Shown: positions 24,814-38,974 of the stretch, one piece after another
Position numbering within the stretch: the first letter of the stretch is position 1
Layout: each line of letters starts with the position of its first letter
Assembly (NCBI RefSeq): GCF_009914755.1
Contig: NC_060932.1
DNA length: 64,000 bases
Source: the human T2T-CHM13v2.0 reference genome, Homo sapiens
Reading direction: 5' to 3' (one strand)
Notes under the pieces: generated by a model
Databases searched by the model: none
Told to the model about the DNA's origin: nothing
The model's input: the letters and a program-made list of their open reading frames with translations, nothing else
Made by a program: the position numbers and the translations under genes

Positions 24814-25501
24814 GCTGGATGCATCAGACATCCAGCTTCTGCTCCAAGCTATGTCACCCAAGTGGATGTGTCTAATTCTGGGATCTCAACTGGAGAGAAC
24901 AGGATCATGAGAGGCCAAAAAAGGTAGTCAAATACAGAACTGAAACTATTTAGGTCTGAGAAGAGAAAACTCTGAAAGAACAAACTTTCCTTCGTATGTC
25001 GAATGTAAAAGGGACAATATTTGTTGGGCTTTGTGGGAGGCAAGTGGCCACCCTCAATGGCTACTGCCATTGAGAGAGATATGTTGTCTCAGCATGAGGC
25101 TTGGATGTGCATTACTTTGAACTTCCTGTCTTTGGGGGCATTGAAGCAAAAACCCAAAGACAATGTGGTGAAGGTGATGCTGAGGGCTCCCACTGTGTCA
25201 TGGTGGAAGGAGGAAGTGGCATGAGTGCAGAAGGTGGCGTGACATACAAAACCACTTCACAAAACTTTCTCAATAAGGAGACAGGCTACCAAATAAAGGC
25301 ATAGGATTCCTGTGCCTGGAAGTCATCGGGCAGGGTTCCAAGGCCACCAATAGCAGGTGGAGATTCTGACTCTTGGTCAAAGCCTGGAACTTCATCCATC
25401 AGACAAATCTTTTGAGTGTCCATTGTGTGTTAGGCACAGTGCAAGAGAAGGAAAGATCCAGTCCCTGCCCCCAGGCAGTTAATACTCACTCCCTCATCCA
25501 C

Positions 25502-25883
25502 AGCTACAGTTTGAATGTGTCTCCACCAAAGTTCATATTGAAATTTAAGCCCTAATGCAACAGTATTAAGGGATGATTGAGTCACAAAAGGTACCACCGT
25601 CATGAATGGGATTAATATCCTGATAAAAGAGCTCTAGGCTGAAGGGAACTATCTTTTGATCTCTTCCCTCCCCACTGCCAGGCAAGACACAGTGCTCCTC
25701 TCCAGAGGACTCAACAGCAAGGCACCATCTTGAAAGAAGAGCTAAGCCTTCATAAAGCACCAATCCTACCCATGACTTGTCTTGGGCTTCCAGCCTCTAG
25801 AACCATGAGAAATAAAGTTATGTTCTTTATAAACAACCCAGTCCCAGGTATTTTGTTATAGTAGCACAGAGGGACTGAGATAC
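25502..25883 (+). mobile_element. MST (MSTD-like) MaLR LTR
   Basis: gctacagtttgaatgtgtc...aaggcaccatcttgaaag...cttccagcctctagaaccatgagaaataaa...ttgttatagtagcac. Confidence 0.85.
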
Positions 25884-26319
25884 TCATTCATTTATTCATT
25901 CATTTACTCATTTGCCTTATCAAAGAGACTACCTCGACCATCTCACCTAATACAGCAACTCTCAGTCCTCTTTCCCTGTTTCATTTTCCACCCTAACACC
26001 TACAGCCTCCGGCCATATTCTATATTTACTGCTCATGTGTTAACCTCCTTCACTGAAATAAAAGTACCAAGACAAAGGAAGCTTGACTGTTTTTTTCATT
26101 GCTATACCCTCGAGCCTAAAAAGTCAATAAATAGTTGGTTCTGTCTATGTGCAAGGCATGGAGGCAGGTGCTGAAAAATCAGAGGTGAATTTGACAAATT
26201 TGTTCCCTGTTTTATGGCCTTTAACACATGCAGGATCTCATGTGTGAGAAGAAACATGCCAACCAAAGAAAACTGAGAAAACAGAAAGAGGTAATAGGTA
26301 CTGAGGGAAGCACTCTAAG

Positions 26320-26520
26320 ATCAGACACTCTAAAACCTTTTTTGCCTTATTTCTTTGAATTCCCATAGTGTCTCTATGAAGTTAGGTGCTATCATTATCC
26401 CTACTGTACAGATGAAGAAACCGAGGCTCAGAGAGATCAAGTAACCCGCCCCAAACCACATGGTAACAGGGTTTGATCCCAGATCTGTAGGTATCAGAGT
26501 ATGGCCCTTAAGTCTGGATA
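26320..26520 (-). mobile_element. MIR SINE
   Basis: ctatcattatccctactgtacagatgaagaaaccgaggctcagagag. Confidence 0.85.
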
Positions 26521-27459
26521 CCCAGGGACCCTGTCCTGGCTCTGGCTTTTGGGGTTCCACTAGAACTCTCATTCAGCTGTGCCCATCTGCATAGGGGAAG
26601 GAATCTGCAAGACCAAGGGGATGTGCCTACCTGGAGCCCATGTGCCCCCTGCTGTCCCACAACTGAGCACCCAGGACCCTGCAATTCCCTGCCTGACACC
26701 CCAAGTACCTGCTGGGCTCCATGGGCCTCATCCTGTTCTCTGCTCCTAGAAAATCCCAGGCCCTGTATGAGCATGAAGAGGCCTAAGGGGAAACCCAGAG
26801 GGCTGTTTTGTGGAGGATGAAAGGAGCTTAAATGTGTGGGCTGGGGGTCCACAGCAGGCATGTGCATGAAGCCCCCCATGGTGTGGGAAGGGAAGGGGCA
26901 GTCTGGGGTACAGAGGACCCCACCTGTACTTGTACTACAGCTCCCCACTCACAGAAATTAGGGGCAGGCCTCTCTGTGGGATCTAGGACCTGGGGCCTTA
27001 ATCTCCAGACTCTATCCCACAACCACTATGTCCCCTCTACCCCAGAGCCAGCATGGGGGCATGGGTGATGAGCAGGATGCCTGCTCTCTGCAGTCACACA
27101 GGATGGCTGGGCTGTGCCATGTTCACCTGAACCAGTGAGGGAAGGTACTGAATCCAGATGGCTTGGAGGAGGAGCCCACATGATCAAGGCAAACACCCAG
27201 GAATAGGAAAGTGACATAAGGCACGGGCTTCCCATCAGCTGGCCCTCAGGACTCATTGTCTGCACACTCCCCTACACACCTCACCCCACTCAGTCTAACC
27301 AGGTTCCCTGCTGCAGGGGACAACAACACCCCCAGTGTCATAGTCATGCTGCCTAAGAGTGGGGATAGAGGGGCAAATCGACTGAGGCTATATAAGGGAG
27401 AACCAAATCCTTCACCTTCGGCAGGCCAGGCCAGCCTCATAATTAGAGAGACAAGATGG

Positions 27460-27725
27460 TGAGGTGGCTATAGGTGTGTGCTCAGGGAATGATCCCCTGA
27501 GTTCCACCTGACACTGACTCTGGACAGCTGGGTGAACACGCCCAAGTTACTTGAGCTGGCGCAAGTGATTTAAAGTCTCCTGCACCCCAATTTCCTTATC
27601 TGTAGAACACAGAAAATTATACTCTCCACCTCAAGTCTTGTGGTGACAACTAGAGAGTTAATATATCCAAATCTACAATGAGTATATAGAACAGTGCCTA
27701 GTACAGAGTAATGTTCAGTAAATAC
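27460..27725 (+). mobile_element. MIR SINE
   Basis: aatttccttatctgtagaac...agaacagtgcctagtacagagtaatgttcagtaaata. Confidence 0.75.
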
Positions 27726-28849
27726 CATTTTTTACAATACTCCGTATCTCTTCTCTTCCCCTCAACTCGAGCACCTCCTTTGTCTTTGGGTATTATAGTT
27801 TCTGGTTCCTAAAAGTATCCACTCTACCACTCTTTCTCATTTTTACCTGCTCCTTCCTAGGCCACATCCTCTCTCCTGAATTACTGCAACACTTCCTAAC
27901 AAGTCACATGCCTCACATTGTATCTCCCCAAAGTATTCTCAGGCCCAGGCCACAGAGACCTCCTGATAATGTAAATCTGCTGTCACATCTCTACCCGCCC
28001 ATTCAGTTACTGAGCTCTTTACTATCACGTTCAGCAGGTACGCGCTGAGTGCCTACTAAGTGCCAGGCATTCTCTGAACACTGGAGGAGGAGGATTGAGC
28101 ACCAGTAAACAAGAACATTGCCCTTATGGAATTTCTCATGGAGGAAGGCAGACAATACACAAATAAGCAAGAAAGTAGCAGGTAACGCCGGGAGATCTGC
28201 AGAGCATGAAAATAGGGCAACAGGCAGGACCTTTGTAAGCCCTAAGATGTCTCCATGTAATTGAGAAAATGGCACGCCTTCCTCCTGGGTGAGGCACCCC
28301 CAAGTGCTGTTCAGCCCCCACTCACCTCCTCCACCAGCCCCACCATGTGCTGCAACCCAGGTAACGAGGTGCTGTAACAGAAAACACTTAAATGCTAGAA
28401 TCCTCCAGTGCTGAATTTGCAGCTCCAACCAAGTCCTGGACGGATTTCTAATTCTGTATATATAGCAAAACGTCTGCTAGTAGAAAAGGATACTGGATTC
28501 TGAGATTCTCTTGAAATAAACCTTCATTGCCATCAAAGGCGACACATGTCTTTCTGGATTTCAGAGGCCATGCACACCTTCTCAGCTCCCATCACAACAT
28601 ACGACAGTGGTCGGTGTAGCTCTGGTCCTTCCCACATCCCAAGGCACCCCCAGATAGCTCTAACTAACCATGCCAAGCCTCTGCGAGAAAACCTTCTGTG
28701 GCATTGTATTACCAAGAGGCTGGCACTCGGTCCCTCCCAGATCTGCTCTTGTTATCTCTCTAGCTTTGACACAGTGTTCCCCAAACTCTAGAGGACAAAC
28801 AAAGCAGCTTGATTATCCAGGCCTAAGAAGACAAGGAACCGCTCTCATC

Positions 28850-28957
28850 CTCAGGACTACCCCACATGGTTGTGCAAGGTGTGCCCTCGCAACTCATGAA
28901 TTAGGCCCCCTGGAGTTGTTCAGTGCACACCCTGTGCAGCTGTGTATGGCAGACCTG
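28850..28957 (-). mobile_element. MER91-like (hAT-Tip100) element
   Basis: gccccctggagttgttcagtgcacaccctgtgcagctgtgtatggcag; related copy at ~35880-36090. Confidence 0.6.
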
Positions 28958-29403
28958 GGTAGTTAGCTGAATGGTGGCCCCCAAAATATAGGTCTACACC
29001 CTGGAGCCTGTGAACGAGATCTTATTTGGAAAAGGGTCTTTGCAGATATATTAAAGTTAAGGATCTTCAGATGAAGAGATCATCTGGATTATCTAGGTGA
29101 GCCCTAAATCCAATGACAAGCATCCTTGTAAGAGACATCCAGAGCAGAGGTACATAGAGGCAAAGGCAAAGTGAAGATGGAGTGGAGACTGCAGTGATAT
29201 GGCCACAAGCCCAGGAATGCTGGGGCAGGCACAAGAACCCAAACGAGGCAAGGAATGGATTGTCCCATAGAGCTCCCAGAGTGGACAAGACCCTGCTGGA
29301 TTTGGGACTTCTGGCCACCAGAACTGTGAGAAAATAAATTTCTGTTGCTTTCAGACACCAGATTAATGGTACTTCATTATGGCCATCTCAGGGAATGAAT
29401 AAT
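28958..29403 (+). mobile_element. MLT1C/D-like MaLR LTR
   Basis: cttatttggaaaagggtctttgcagat...ccctaaatccaatgacaag...ccagaactgtgagaaaataaatttctgttg. Confidence 0.85.
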
Positions 29404-30959
29404 GCCTGCACCAGGTCTTAGTTTAAATGCCATTTGCTCGAGGAAAACCTCCAGGGGATCTATCTCTCTCCTGCAGCTGTGCTGAGTGCTCCCACTATGG
29501 GGCTCTCAGGCACATCACCTTCCTCTCGACACCAGCCCTTTTGCCATTTGGGGGACTCTAGTCTGTGACTTTGCCCTCCACTCCTGGGCTTGTCTCAGAA
29601 GTGGGAGATGGACATGTCAGCAAAAACTCACCCGTGTCCTCCAAATGCAAGGGGTTCTTTTTCAAAATCTTGAGACCCCAAAGGCAAAACATTAGGAGCT
29701 GGGAAGTAAGTGAGAGTTCCCTAGTCCCTGATTTTCTGCAGCCAGAAACATGTGTGGACACTTTATAAGGCTTATATAAGATGATGGTGATACACACTTG
29801 CAGCTGGAGGAAGATGCAGCAGCTGTCAGGCCACCTCAGCCCTGGTGGTTTTCCCAGGCCACACTGGGCAGTCTGTCAGTTGTTGTGTCCCAGAATTGAG
29901 AGCCCCAGGAGTCAGTGGCAACTGCCGGGTCTGATGGACATAACTTTCCTGCCCTACATCTTCTCCATGATCAGCACATCATAGTGATAAAGGCAGCGTC
30001 CACTGGGGTGGCTTCTGATAAGCCACGAACCTGAATGTTCCCATTTGTCCCATTTTTCCTGGCTTCCAGTCCCCTTGGGTGGCTGGATGCTGTGCCCAGC
30101 AGGGGAACAGGAGAAGCACTATTGCTAACACTCATGGAGCACCTTCTAGGAACCAGGCACTGTCCTGTGCCCTTTACCAGGAGAACTCCATCTAACCTCA
30201 GGACAACCCTGTGGTAACAGCTCTCTCTGTACACTGCAGATGAGGAATTTGAAAGTCTAGGTGGAGAGTTTCCCAAAGTCACAGAGCTCGTAATAAAGGC
30301 CCTGAGATTCAACCTCAGGCTCTCTGCTTCCGAAACTCATGCTCTTAACTTAGAAAGCCAGAGTTAGCCTCAGTCAGGGTCTCAGCCTCCAGGAGGATCA
30401 CCCTTGAGGGCTGACTCAGTCTCACCTGCAGAGGACCCAGCTGAGACTCAGGGGTGCCCTCATATGGCCACCCGTGGGGCCTCTGGTTTGGAAGAAATGG
30501 CATCCCATGGTTAACATCTGGCCTCTTACTCTAGCAAACAGACTAGGGAAAGTCATAGCCTGGGCAGCTGTGGCTGCTGCTTCCTCCCCTCCCTGTCCCC
30601 TCCCCTCTTCTCTTCTGATTTCTCCTCTTCCTCCTCCTCCTGCTCCTTGTTCTCTCAAAAAATATCTATTGAGCACCCACCGTACTGAAGGACCTGTGTC
30701 CACTGGGAATTTAGCATTGTAAAGGAGACACAGCATAGTATAATGGGATATAAATAAGTAAACAGGAAAAATGAAATAAATATTATACCCATTGCTGCTG
30801 CAGGAGAGGAAGAGATTTCCTTGATGGGCTACTTTGTTTATGGCACTGAGAATCTGTCTCACAAAGGCTGAAGATGAAGAGTGACTGGAGAACTCCGAAG
30901 CAGTCCAGAAGTCTCAAGAGATCTGAGTCATCAGGGCATGCCAGTCAGAAGTTCTGTGG

Positions 30960-31390
30960 TAGACAGTGGTTGGCAGTCTCTAAGATGCTCTGATCATGCT
31001 TGCCTCCTGACAGTCACACCCTTGTGCAATCCCCTCCCCTTGAATGTGGTCTGGATTTAGTGACTTGCTTATAATGCATAGAGTAGGACAGAGTGATGGG
31101 ATGTCACTTCTGATTAGGATATAAAAAGACTTTGATGTCCTTCTTGGGGGCCTCCTTGCATGCTCTCTCTCACTCTTGCCAGCAGGGAACCCAGCAGCCA
31201 TGCCATGAGGCAGCCCATGGAGAGGTGCCTGTGGGGAGGGACCAGAGCCTACCCAAAACCACGAGTGAGCCTGGAAGCAGACTGTTCCTCCCCACTCTAG
31301 CTCTCAGATGAGACTACAGCCCCAGCAATAGCTCCGGAGAAACACATAAGAGACTTTGAGCCAGAGGTACCCAGATAAGCCATGCTCCCA
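30960..31390 (+). mobile_element. MLT1F-like MaLR LTR, 3'-truncated
   Basis: aatcccctccccttgaatgtgg...gtgatgggatgtcacttc...cagcccatggagagg...tcagatgagactacagcccc. Confidence 0.8.
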
Positions 31391-32031
31391 TCAGAGGCTG
31401 GCCAGAAATGCATTAGGCATTATTCTCCTGCAGAAGGCACCCACTGCACACAGTAGGACAGTTCTGACATCCAAACTGTGCCACCTCTACCCCGAGCACT
31501 AGTTCTATCTTCCAGGAACACACAGAGATGATGAATCAATTCCTTTGCCATATGATAGTCTTTCAGGTGTGGGAAGTTGGTGACCTAACAGTGGGTTCCC
31601 CTATTCTCAGTTTTCTTCACTCCTAGCCACACTTTTCTAACTGGTTCTCAAATCCTTCTCTGTCCTTGTGTTTCCCCACAACACAATATCCCAATTATGT
31701 TCCCATAATGTCAAGCCAATTGAGCTGTCTTGTTTCTGGCTAGCAAAGCTTTGCTCAAGATGTGCCCTCCACATGGAATTCCCTTCCTCTTTCTTGTCTG
31801 GCCCAACTTACCACGACTGTTCCAAGAATCCTTTCTGGAGCCTGCCCCCTCAGTCTAGCTGGACACCTCCCTGGTGCAGAACCTGTCCTTCCTGCTGCAC
31901 TCACCTCTCTTCATTGCATCGCTGTGCCATCATGATGTGTTTGTGGGTTTGCTCCTGTAACTGTGAGCACCTTGAGTTCTGGGAAGGACCCATGGTTCAT
32001 CTTTGAATCCACAACACTTGTTCAGAGTGAG

Positions 32032-32092
32032 AGGATGGATGAATGGATTGGATGGATGGATGGATGGATGGATGGATGGATGGATGGATGGA
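32032..32092. repeat. (GGAT)n microsatellite at an L2 3' tail
   Basis: Directly visible; follows an L2-like 3' end. Confidence 0.92.
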
Positions 32093-32750
32093 AGATGAAC
32101 AAAGGAAGAGAGGGGCATCCTCCTTAGTAGACAGGGTTCCATTGGCATTCATCCTCAGTGCTATCCTTCTGGGTATGTGCACTTTGTAAGGAAGCTTCTG
32201 TGCCCTTCAAGATAAAGCCTGGACAATTCCTCATGGCCTAAAGCAGAGCAAGCCTTACCAACCCCTCTAAGTCCTGCAGGTACAAGTGTCATGACTTCAG
32301 TGGTAAGAAAGTTCAGAGAGAGAGAGAGAGCAAGCGAAGAGAAAACAAGAGAGAAAATGAGCCTAGGTTAAAATATTTAAAACATTTCCATACTTCCTGG
32401 ACTTATAAATATTTCATTAGTAAGATGCTGTCCCACATAAATGCAAACTCAGGGGAAAGGGTCTTAGGAAAGCTGGGAGTCAGCATTTTAAGGAAGCCGA
32501 TTTCCCTTTATAAACATAATACCTTCTCACTGTAATGTGGAAAACAGAAATACAAAGAAGAAAGAAAAATTGATGTATTACTTAAAGTCCCATCACTCAA
32601 AACCAACCATTTTTAGTATTTTATAAATTTTTGACCTATGGATTTTGTATATTTGGGGTGGTTGCATGATACTACATATTCTCTTGTGTGCCTGGATTTT
32701 CTTATTTTCCCTAAACATAGTAATGTAAACTTTGTCCTATGTTACTGTGA

Positions 32751-33050
<300 letters not shown>

Positions 33051-33230
33051 ATGAAACAAGTTTTAACAGGACTACATAATATTCCATCCAGGACATGTAC
33101 CAGCTGGGAAGTCATCAAGGCCTCTGTGATACAGTGGCAGAGACAGGTGTAGTTGATTTAAATCTTCCCATATTGTTGGGCATTTAGGTTGCTTCCAATT
33201 TTCTTACTATCAGAAAAATGTCAAAGTTGT

Positions 33231-33465
33231 GGCCGGGTGTGGTGACTCACACCTGTAATCTCGGAGGCGGAGGCAGGCAGATCACTTGAGGTCAGGAGTT
33301 CGAGACCAGCCTGACCAACATGGTGAAACCTTGTCTCTACTAAAAATACAAAAATTAGCCAGGTGTGGTGGCATACACCTGTAATCCCAGCTACTCAGGG
33401 GGCTGAGGCAGGAGAATCACCTGGACCAAGGAAGACTCTGTCTCAAAAAAACAAAAATAGAAAAA
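33231..33465 (+). mobile_element. AluS with two internal deletions
   Basis: ggccgggtgtggtg...; TSD agaaaaatgtca(a/c)agtt. Confidence 0.95.
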
Positions 33466-34016
33466 AGAAAAATGTCACAGTTAACTTATTTGTCTAACCT
33501 CAAATTCTTTCCTTAAGTAAGTTCCTCAGAAATACAAATAATTGGCAAAGAAGACAACCTTTCTATGGCTTTTTATACTTATTTTCAGTTGCTTTCTAAA
33601 AGGACTGTACCTAAATGATCTCCCCACAGTGGGATTTGAGTGCTTGTCTCCCATGCCATCCCCATCTGGGGGCCATGTCATAATGCTTCCAGATGAGAAT
33701 ACCTCAGAGATAACTGATCCTGGCAAGGAGGCAGGTGAAACCCAAAACTCATTGATACATTCAAGAGCGTTTCTTGTAGGGAAGTTTCGCTCCTTGATCT
33801 TCAGCCCAGACAAGACCCTCTTCCCTGGACACTGAGGCTATTTAACGGCCCCTCCTCTTGAATCCCACTGCCTGACTTCAGACCCCATCCTTTCTGGCTT
33901 GGGTCATACAACAGCCCCCACACTTCTGACTTCTCTCTGTCCCATTTATTTTATTCCCCCTCTTTCAGCCAAAGTGGTCTTTCTAAAATCAAAAATCTAA
34001 AAACAAGTCATCTTAG

Positions 34017-34373
<357 letters not shown>

Positions 34374-36236
34374 CATCTTAGACATTTTTCAATGACTGCC
34401 CATTATCTTGCACCCAAGTCTTTCCATGATGGTCCCCAACTTCTCTCCAGTCTCACTGTCTACTCTGCAACTCTATCCCCCTCACTTTGTAATAAGTATT
34501 CACTAGGTGCTGGTGACAGGCCAAAGAGTGTGATAACCGCCCAGCTACTCACCCTGGGGGTTCTTGGTCTGACAGAGGAATTAGAGGGTGACGGTACAGG
34601 GTGACAGAGCCCAGCAAAGGTTGGGGATGTCAGGTCTCCTTTCTTTTCATTCAAAGCTTTCATTCCTTACAACTGAAAAAAGGCAATTTCAAAAGAGAAT
34701 CCAAATTCAAAATCAGAGAAACCATTCAAGAGTTTTGTGAAACGATCCAAGAGTTAGTGATTTTCAGAAAAGCCTGTATCAGGCTATGGGGTATGCTGTC
34801 GGGGGAAGGGGTGGAAGAAGCAAAGTTGGGGAAAAGAATCTACTTCCTCCTTGTTCTGTGTCACCTCTTTTTGTAGGTTCCTTTTTCCTCCTCTCCACTA
34901 GTGGTTCCATTTATTTACCTGAAGGACTCCTGCACCTGCCTGTGATGTCTAACATGATAAACACCAGGAGGCCCTTGTGCTGGAGCCTTTTCTTCCTTCC
35001 CTCTGCAGCTCCAAGAGACTAATTTGTAGAGAAGAGGATCCTTCTCCAGCAGAACTCAAGTGTAGAAGGGAGCTGAGCTGGCTTTTTAGCAGCAGTGGGA
35101 AATTAATCTGTGTTCTCACCATCACAGTCCCACACCTGAGCTGCCGTCCTGTTTTCTTGCCTCTCCCACCTGACTGTGCATTCCCATAGGGCAGGGTCTA
35201 GGGCTGGGCACTTTGGGACCTACCCCAACCAATGCCAGCAGGGTTTCCAGAAGCAAGTCACAGGGGTCTCCCCTGCACCATTGGCATGGCCTCCAGCTGT
35301 GCCTCCACCTCCACATCTGTGGAAACCTCATGGGTCAGTGGGCCACACACCATCTAACACCTTCCAAGTCAGAGATCCACTTTCAAATGGTGGCTCTATC
35401 CCACATCCAAACACAAGGCCCACTGTAGTGACTTAATCTCTTAGGGTTTCTGCGTCCTCTTCTGTAGAAAGTACCTGCATGATGGGGGAGGCAGGGTTGG
35501 AGGATAATATTCATGGAGCTCCAGACAAACAGTAGGTGACCACAAAGAGTAAAAGGCACAGCGGTGTTATAAGGCCCATAAGATGAATAACGGGGATCTG
35601 AAGCCAGGGAGCCTGCCTTTGGGATCCACGTGCCTAAACATTGCACCAACCACCTCCTCTCTGTCTAGCCAAGTCCCCCTGCCCCTTGCAGTGTCATATA
35701 GTTCTTCCCAGTAGTAGTTTATAGTGCTCACTCCCTCTCCCTCCTCATAATTATTCTGTATGTTGGGCACCCATCATCTTATAATGCCCCAGTGCCTATT
35801 GAATCTTTTTTGGATCAGAGACATCCAATACAACTCATAGCTCTCTCACTCTAAAATGATCATAGGCACAGGCAATAATTCACAGGCCCTCTTATAGGAT
35901 TGTTCAGGTTGTGCACTGCATAAGGGTACCTAGCCAATGGGCCTCTACAGGAATCTAGAATCCAGCCCACATTCCATTCAGGAGACTTGAGTCCTTGAGA
36001 GGAAAGCCAGGAGGAAGAAGTCCATTTTGGTAACAGGTATGCCCAGAGAGGAGGTCCTTTGTGCATTTTTTCCTTCTAAAAATGTTGGGTGCCACCTTTG
36101 TCTAATTTGTATAAAGGTCCCTTATTGCCTAAAGTTGGTCATGACACTTACATATAATTCCAGAGGAGTGGATGCCCCAGAAACCTGTCCATGGAACATC
36201 CTGGGGCATAAAGGTTTCTCAAGTCAAGAACTGTAA

Positions 36237-36573
36237 GGCTGAGCATGGCGGCTCATGCCTGTAATCCCAGCACTTTGGCAGTCCAAGGCAGGAGGATCGC
36301 ATTGCTTGAGCCCAGAAGTTTGAGACCAGCATGAGCAATAAAGTGAGAGCAATAAACCCAGTCTCTATAAAAATTTTAAAAGTTAGCCAGGCATGGTGGT
36401 GTGTGCCTGTAGTGCCAGCTACTCAGGGGGCTGAGGCAGGAGAATTGCTTGAGCCCAAGGAGGTCGAGGTTGCAATAAGCCATGATTGTGATCGTATCAC
36501 TGTACTCCAGCCTGGGCGACAGAGCAAGACCTTGTCAAAACAAAAACAAAAACAAACAAACAAACAAACAAAA
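36237..36573 (+). mobile_element. AluJ with (CAAA)n tail
   Basis: ggaggatcgc...ttgagcccag and gcaagaccttgtc are J-type features. Confidence 0.9.
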
Positions 36574-37129
36574 CTTTAGGGTCAGCACCCACCACATGAA
36601 TATATGAATGAAGAAGGGCTGGTACCAACAGGTCACATGTTGATTAACGGTTTGGGACTCATACAGACATGGCATTCACAGGTATAAAAGACTCCTCAGA
36701 CCCCCCAGACCTGCCGACCTTGCAGTTTGGAAATCACCATGCACACACCATTGCTACAGGAAAATGCATTTGCCCTCAATGTGAGGATAAAAATCAATGT
36801 GCCTAGGCCCATGCCTGGCATATAATAAATATTCAATGCATATTGCCCCAAAAACCTTTTGTGGGTTGATTCGGTGCCATAAGACTGAACTTTGAAGTCT
36901 GGCAGTATAGAAATGAGCTTTGCAAACCACTTGCCAAGAGAGGAACATCATAAATGCACATGATATTCTTATCATCTAAATATTTTTCCAAATCAATTCA
37001 ACATAGTAAAGATAGGAACCATCTTGGGGCTACATAGGGATGGGCTGGGTAAGAGGGAAAACTTATGGGCAAATCTCAGATGGTCGAAGGTTTGGAGAAA
37101 CAAATGGCTTCTACAATTTCCTTTCTTTT

Positions 37130-37580
37130 TGGATTTATTGAGTGCCTTCGGTGTGCTGGGCAGAGTATACTGGGAAGCACTTTGTAGATATCCATTTTAA
37201 TTCTCACAATGGCCCTGTGAGAGTATCAGCATGCCTAGGAGGACCTTGGAGGTGAGGAGGCTTAGGCATGGCCCAAGGTCACACATTAGTGTGTAAAGGC
37301 AGAACTGAAATTAAACACCCAGGTCTGACTTCCCAGTGGTCCTCCTGCACAAGGGAGTAGCTGGGATCCCAGACCCAGGAGTCCAACCATTGGGATTTAA
37401 ATCCCAGCTTTGCCATTTCCTACCTGTGTGAGCTTGGATAAGCTCCATGTCCTCTCTGAGGGATAATAAAATGGGGGTGATTGTGGTACTGACCTCAGAG
37501 GGTCACAGGATAAGTAATTATTACTATATGATAGCACTTAGAAGAGTGTCTGACACATATGTGCTGTTCATTTCAATATC
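37130..37580. mobile_element. Two oppositely oriented MIRs (minus ~37130-37330, plus ~37370-37580)
   Basis: ttaattctcacaatggccctgtgag...cccaaggtcacac; then aaatcccagctttgccattt...ctctctgag...gcacttagaagagtgtctgacacata. Confidence 0.7.
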
Positions 37581-38570
37581 ATCACTGTTGTTTTGATCAT
37601 GGCTCTTTGGAAGCTGGTGGTTTGACCGTGGTGTTCAGAGGGAAGCCGAGGGTGTGAGAACACTCAGTAGCGTCACCCTCAAATGGCGCCCGCCAGTCCA
37701 GAATTCCCATCTGTGCTCTCAGGAACACACCGGTTGTTTGTTAGCAAATGACCTTTCTTGCTGAGGGGATGCTGACACAGAAAAAATTAAGCTGCTTCTG
37801 GCAGAAAATAGGCAGGAAACTGGTCTTCCCAGTAAGCAATGGTTCAGAAAGAAGGGATGTTGAGACCTCATGGATATGTGAACTCCAAGACCTCCATCAC
37901 CTCCTCAGTGAGCCTTCTCTTAATGGGGCTTGTACAACGTGGGTCAGGGGGAGAGGGAGGTCAGCTAGCTTGGTCTTGTGAAACCTCAGGAGAAACCAGT
38001 GTTGAGAATGAAGAGAGACCACAGGGCAAAACCATTAAAGTTGCATGCATACTGAAAACTTCCTCTTCCCGCATTACAAAAGTTCTTGGGATAAGATGGC
38101 ATGGGAATTGGAATTGAGGGTCCTGGGCTCCAGCTCTTGTTCTACCATTAATCAGGCAGCTGTGTGGCCTCAGGTCAATCTATTCCCCTCTCTAGGCCTG
38201 AGGCACCTCCTCTGAACAAAGTGGGGGCTGGAACAGAGCCAGGAGCAGGGCCCTTCCAGATAAGAAGCAATGAGTTTTGTTAAAAATAAGAATCTATGTT
38301 GTATATCATTTTTAACTTCTTCTGTTCATTAATCCGTTACTCATTTATTCATTCATTCCACCAACTCGAACTGGGCAATCTAGAGGACCCCCTCACCCTT
38401 CAAAAATCTAAATTATACAAGTTTGTCCTCTGCCAATTCCAAATGCCTAGGAATGCTTTGCTCTTTACCACCATGTACCATGGTCAGCTTCTTCACTGGT
38501 TTCTTTAAAAAAAAACAAAATGCACTCACACTAAACATTTTATGAGTTTGGATCCTTAAGATGGGGCAGG

Positions 38571-38703
38571 GGTGAAACCCCATTTCTACTAAAAATATTT
38601 TAAAAATTAGCTGGGCATGGTGGCGGATGCCTGTAATCCCAGCTGAGGCATGAGTATTGCTTGAACCAAGGAGGCAGAGGTTGGAATGAGCCGAGATCTC
38701 ACC
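38571..38703 (+). mobile_element. Internal Alu fragment (no head, no poly-A tail)
   Basis: ggtgaaaccccatttctactaaaaata...gagccgagatctcacc, then unique sequence. Confidence 0.9.
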
Positions 38704-38974
38704 TGGAGAGGGCTTATATGACAAGCAAACAGCCCCTGTATCCTGCCTGCACTCTGTTTATGCCTCCCAGTGCTTTGCCATCACTATGAAGTCCACATTT
38801 TTCTGACAGTATTAGAAAGATTAGCTTCCCCCATTCCCCAAAGCCTGGAATCCTGGCGACACCCAGACCCTGGGAACAGAGATGGGGTAGCTTTTATTGG
38901 AAGATTTATAAACCCAAACCTATGAGGACATCCAGCAACACAAAGGCCTTCTCTGTAAAGAAATTTACTCTTCT

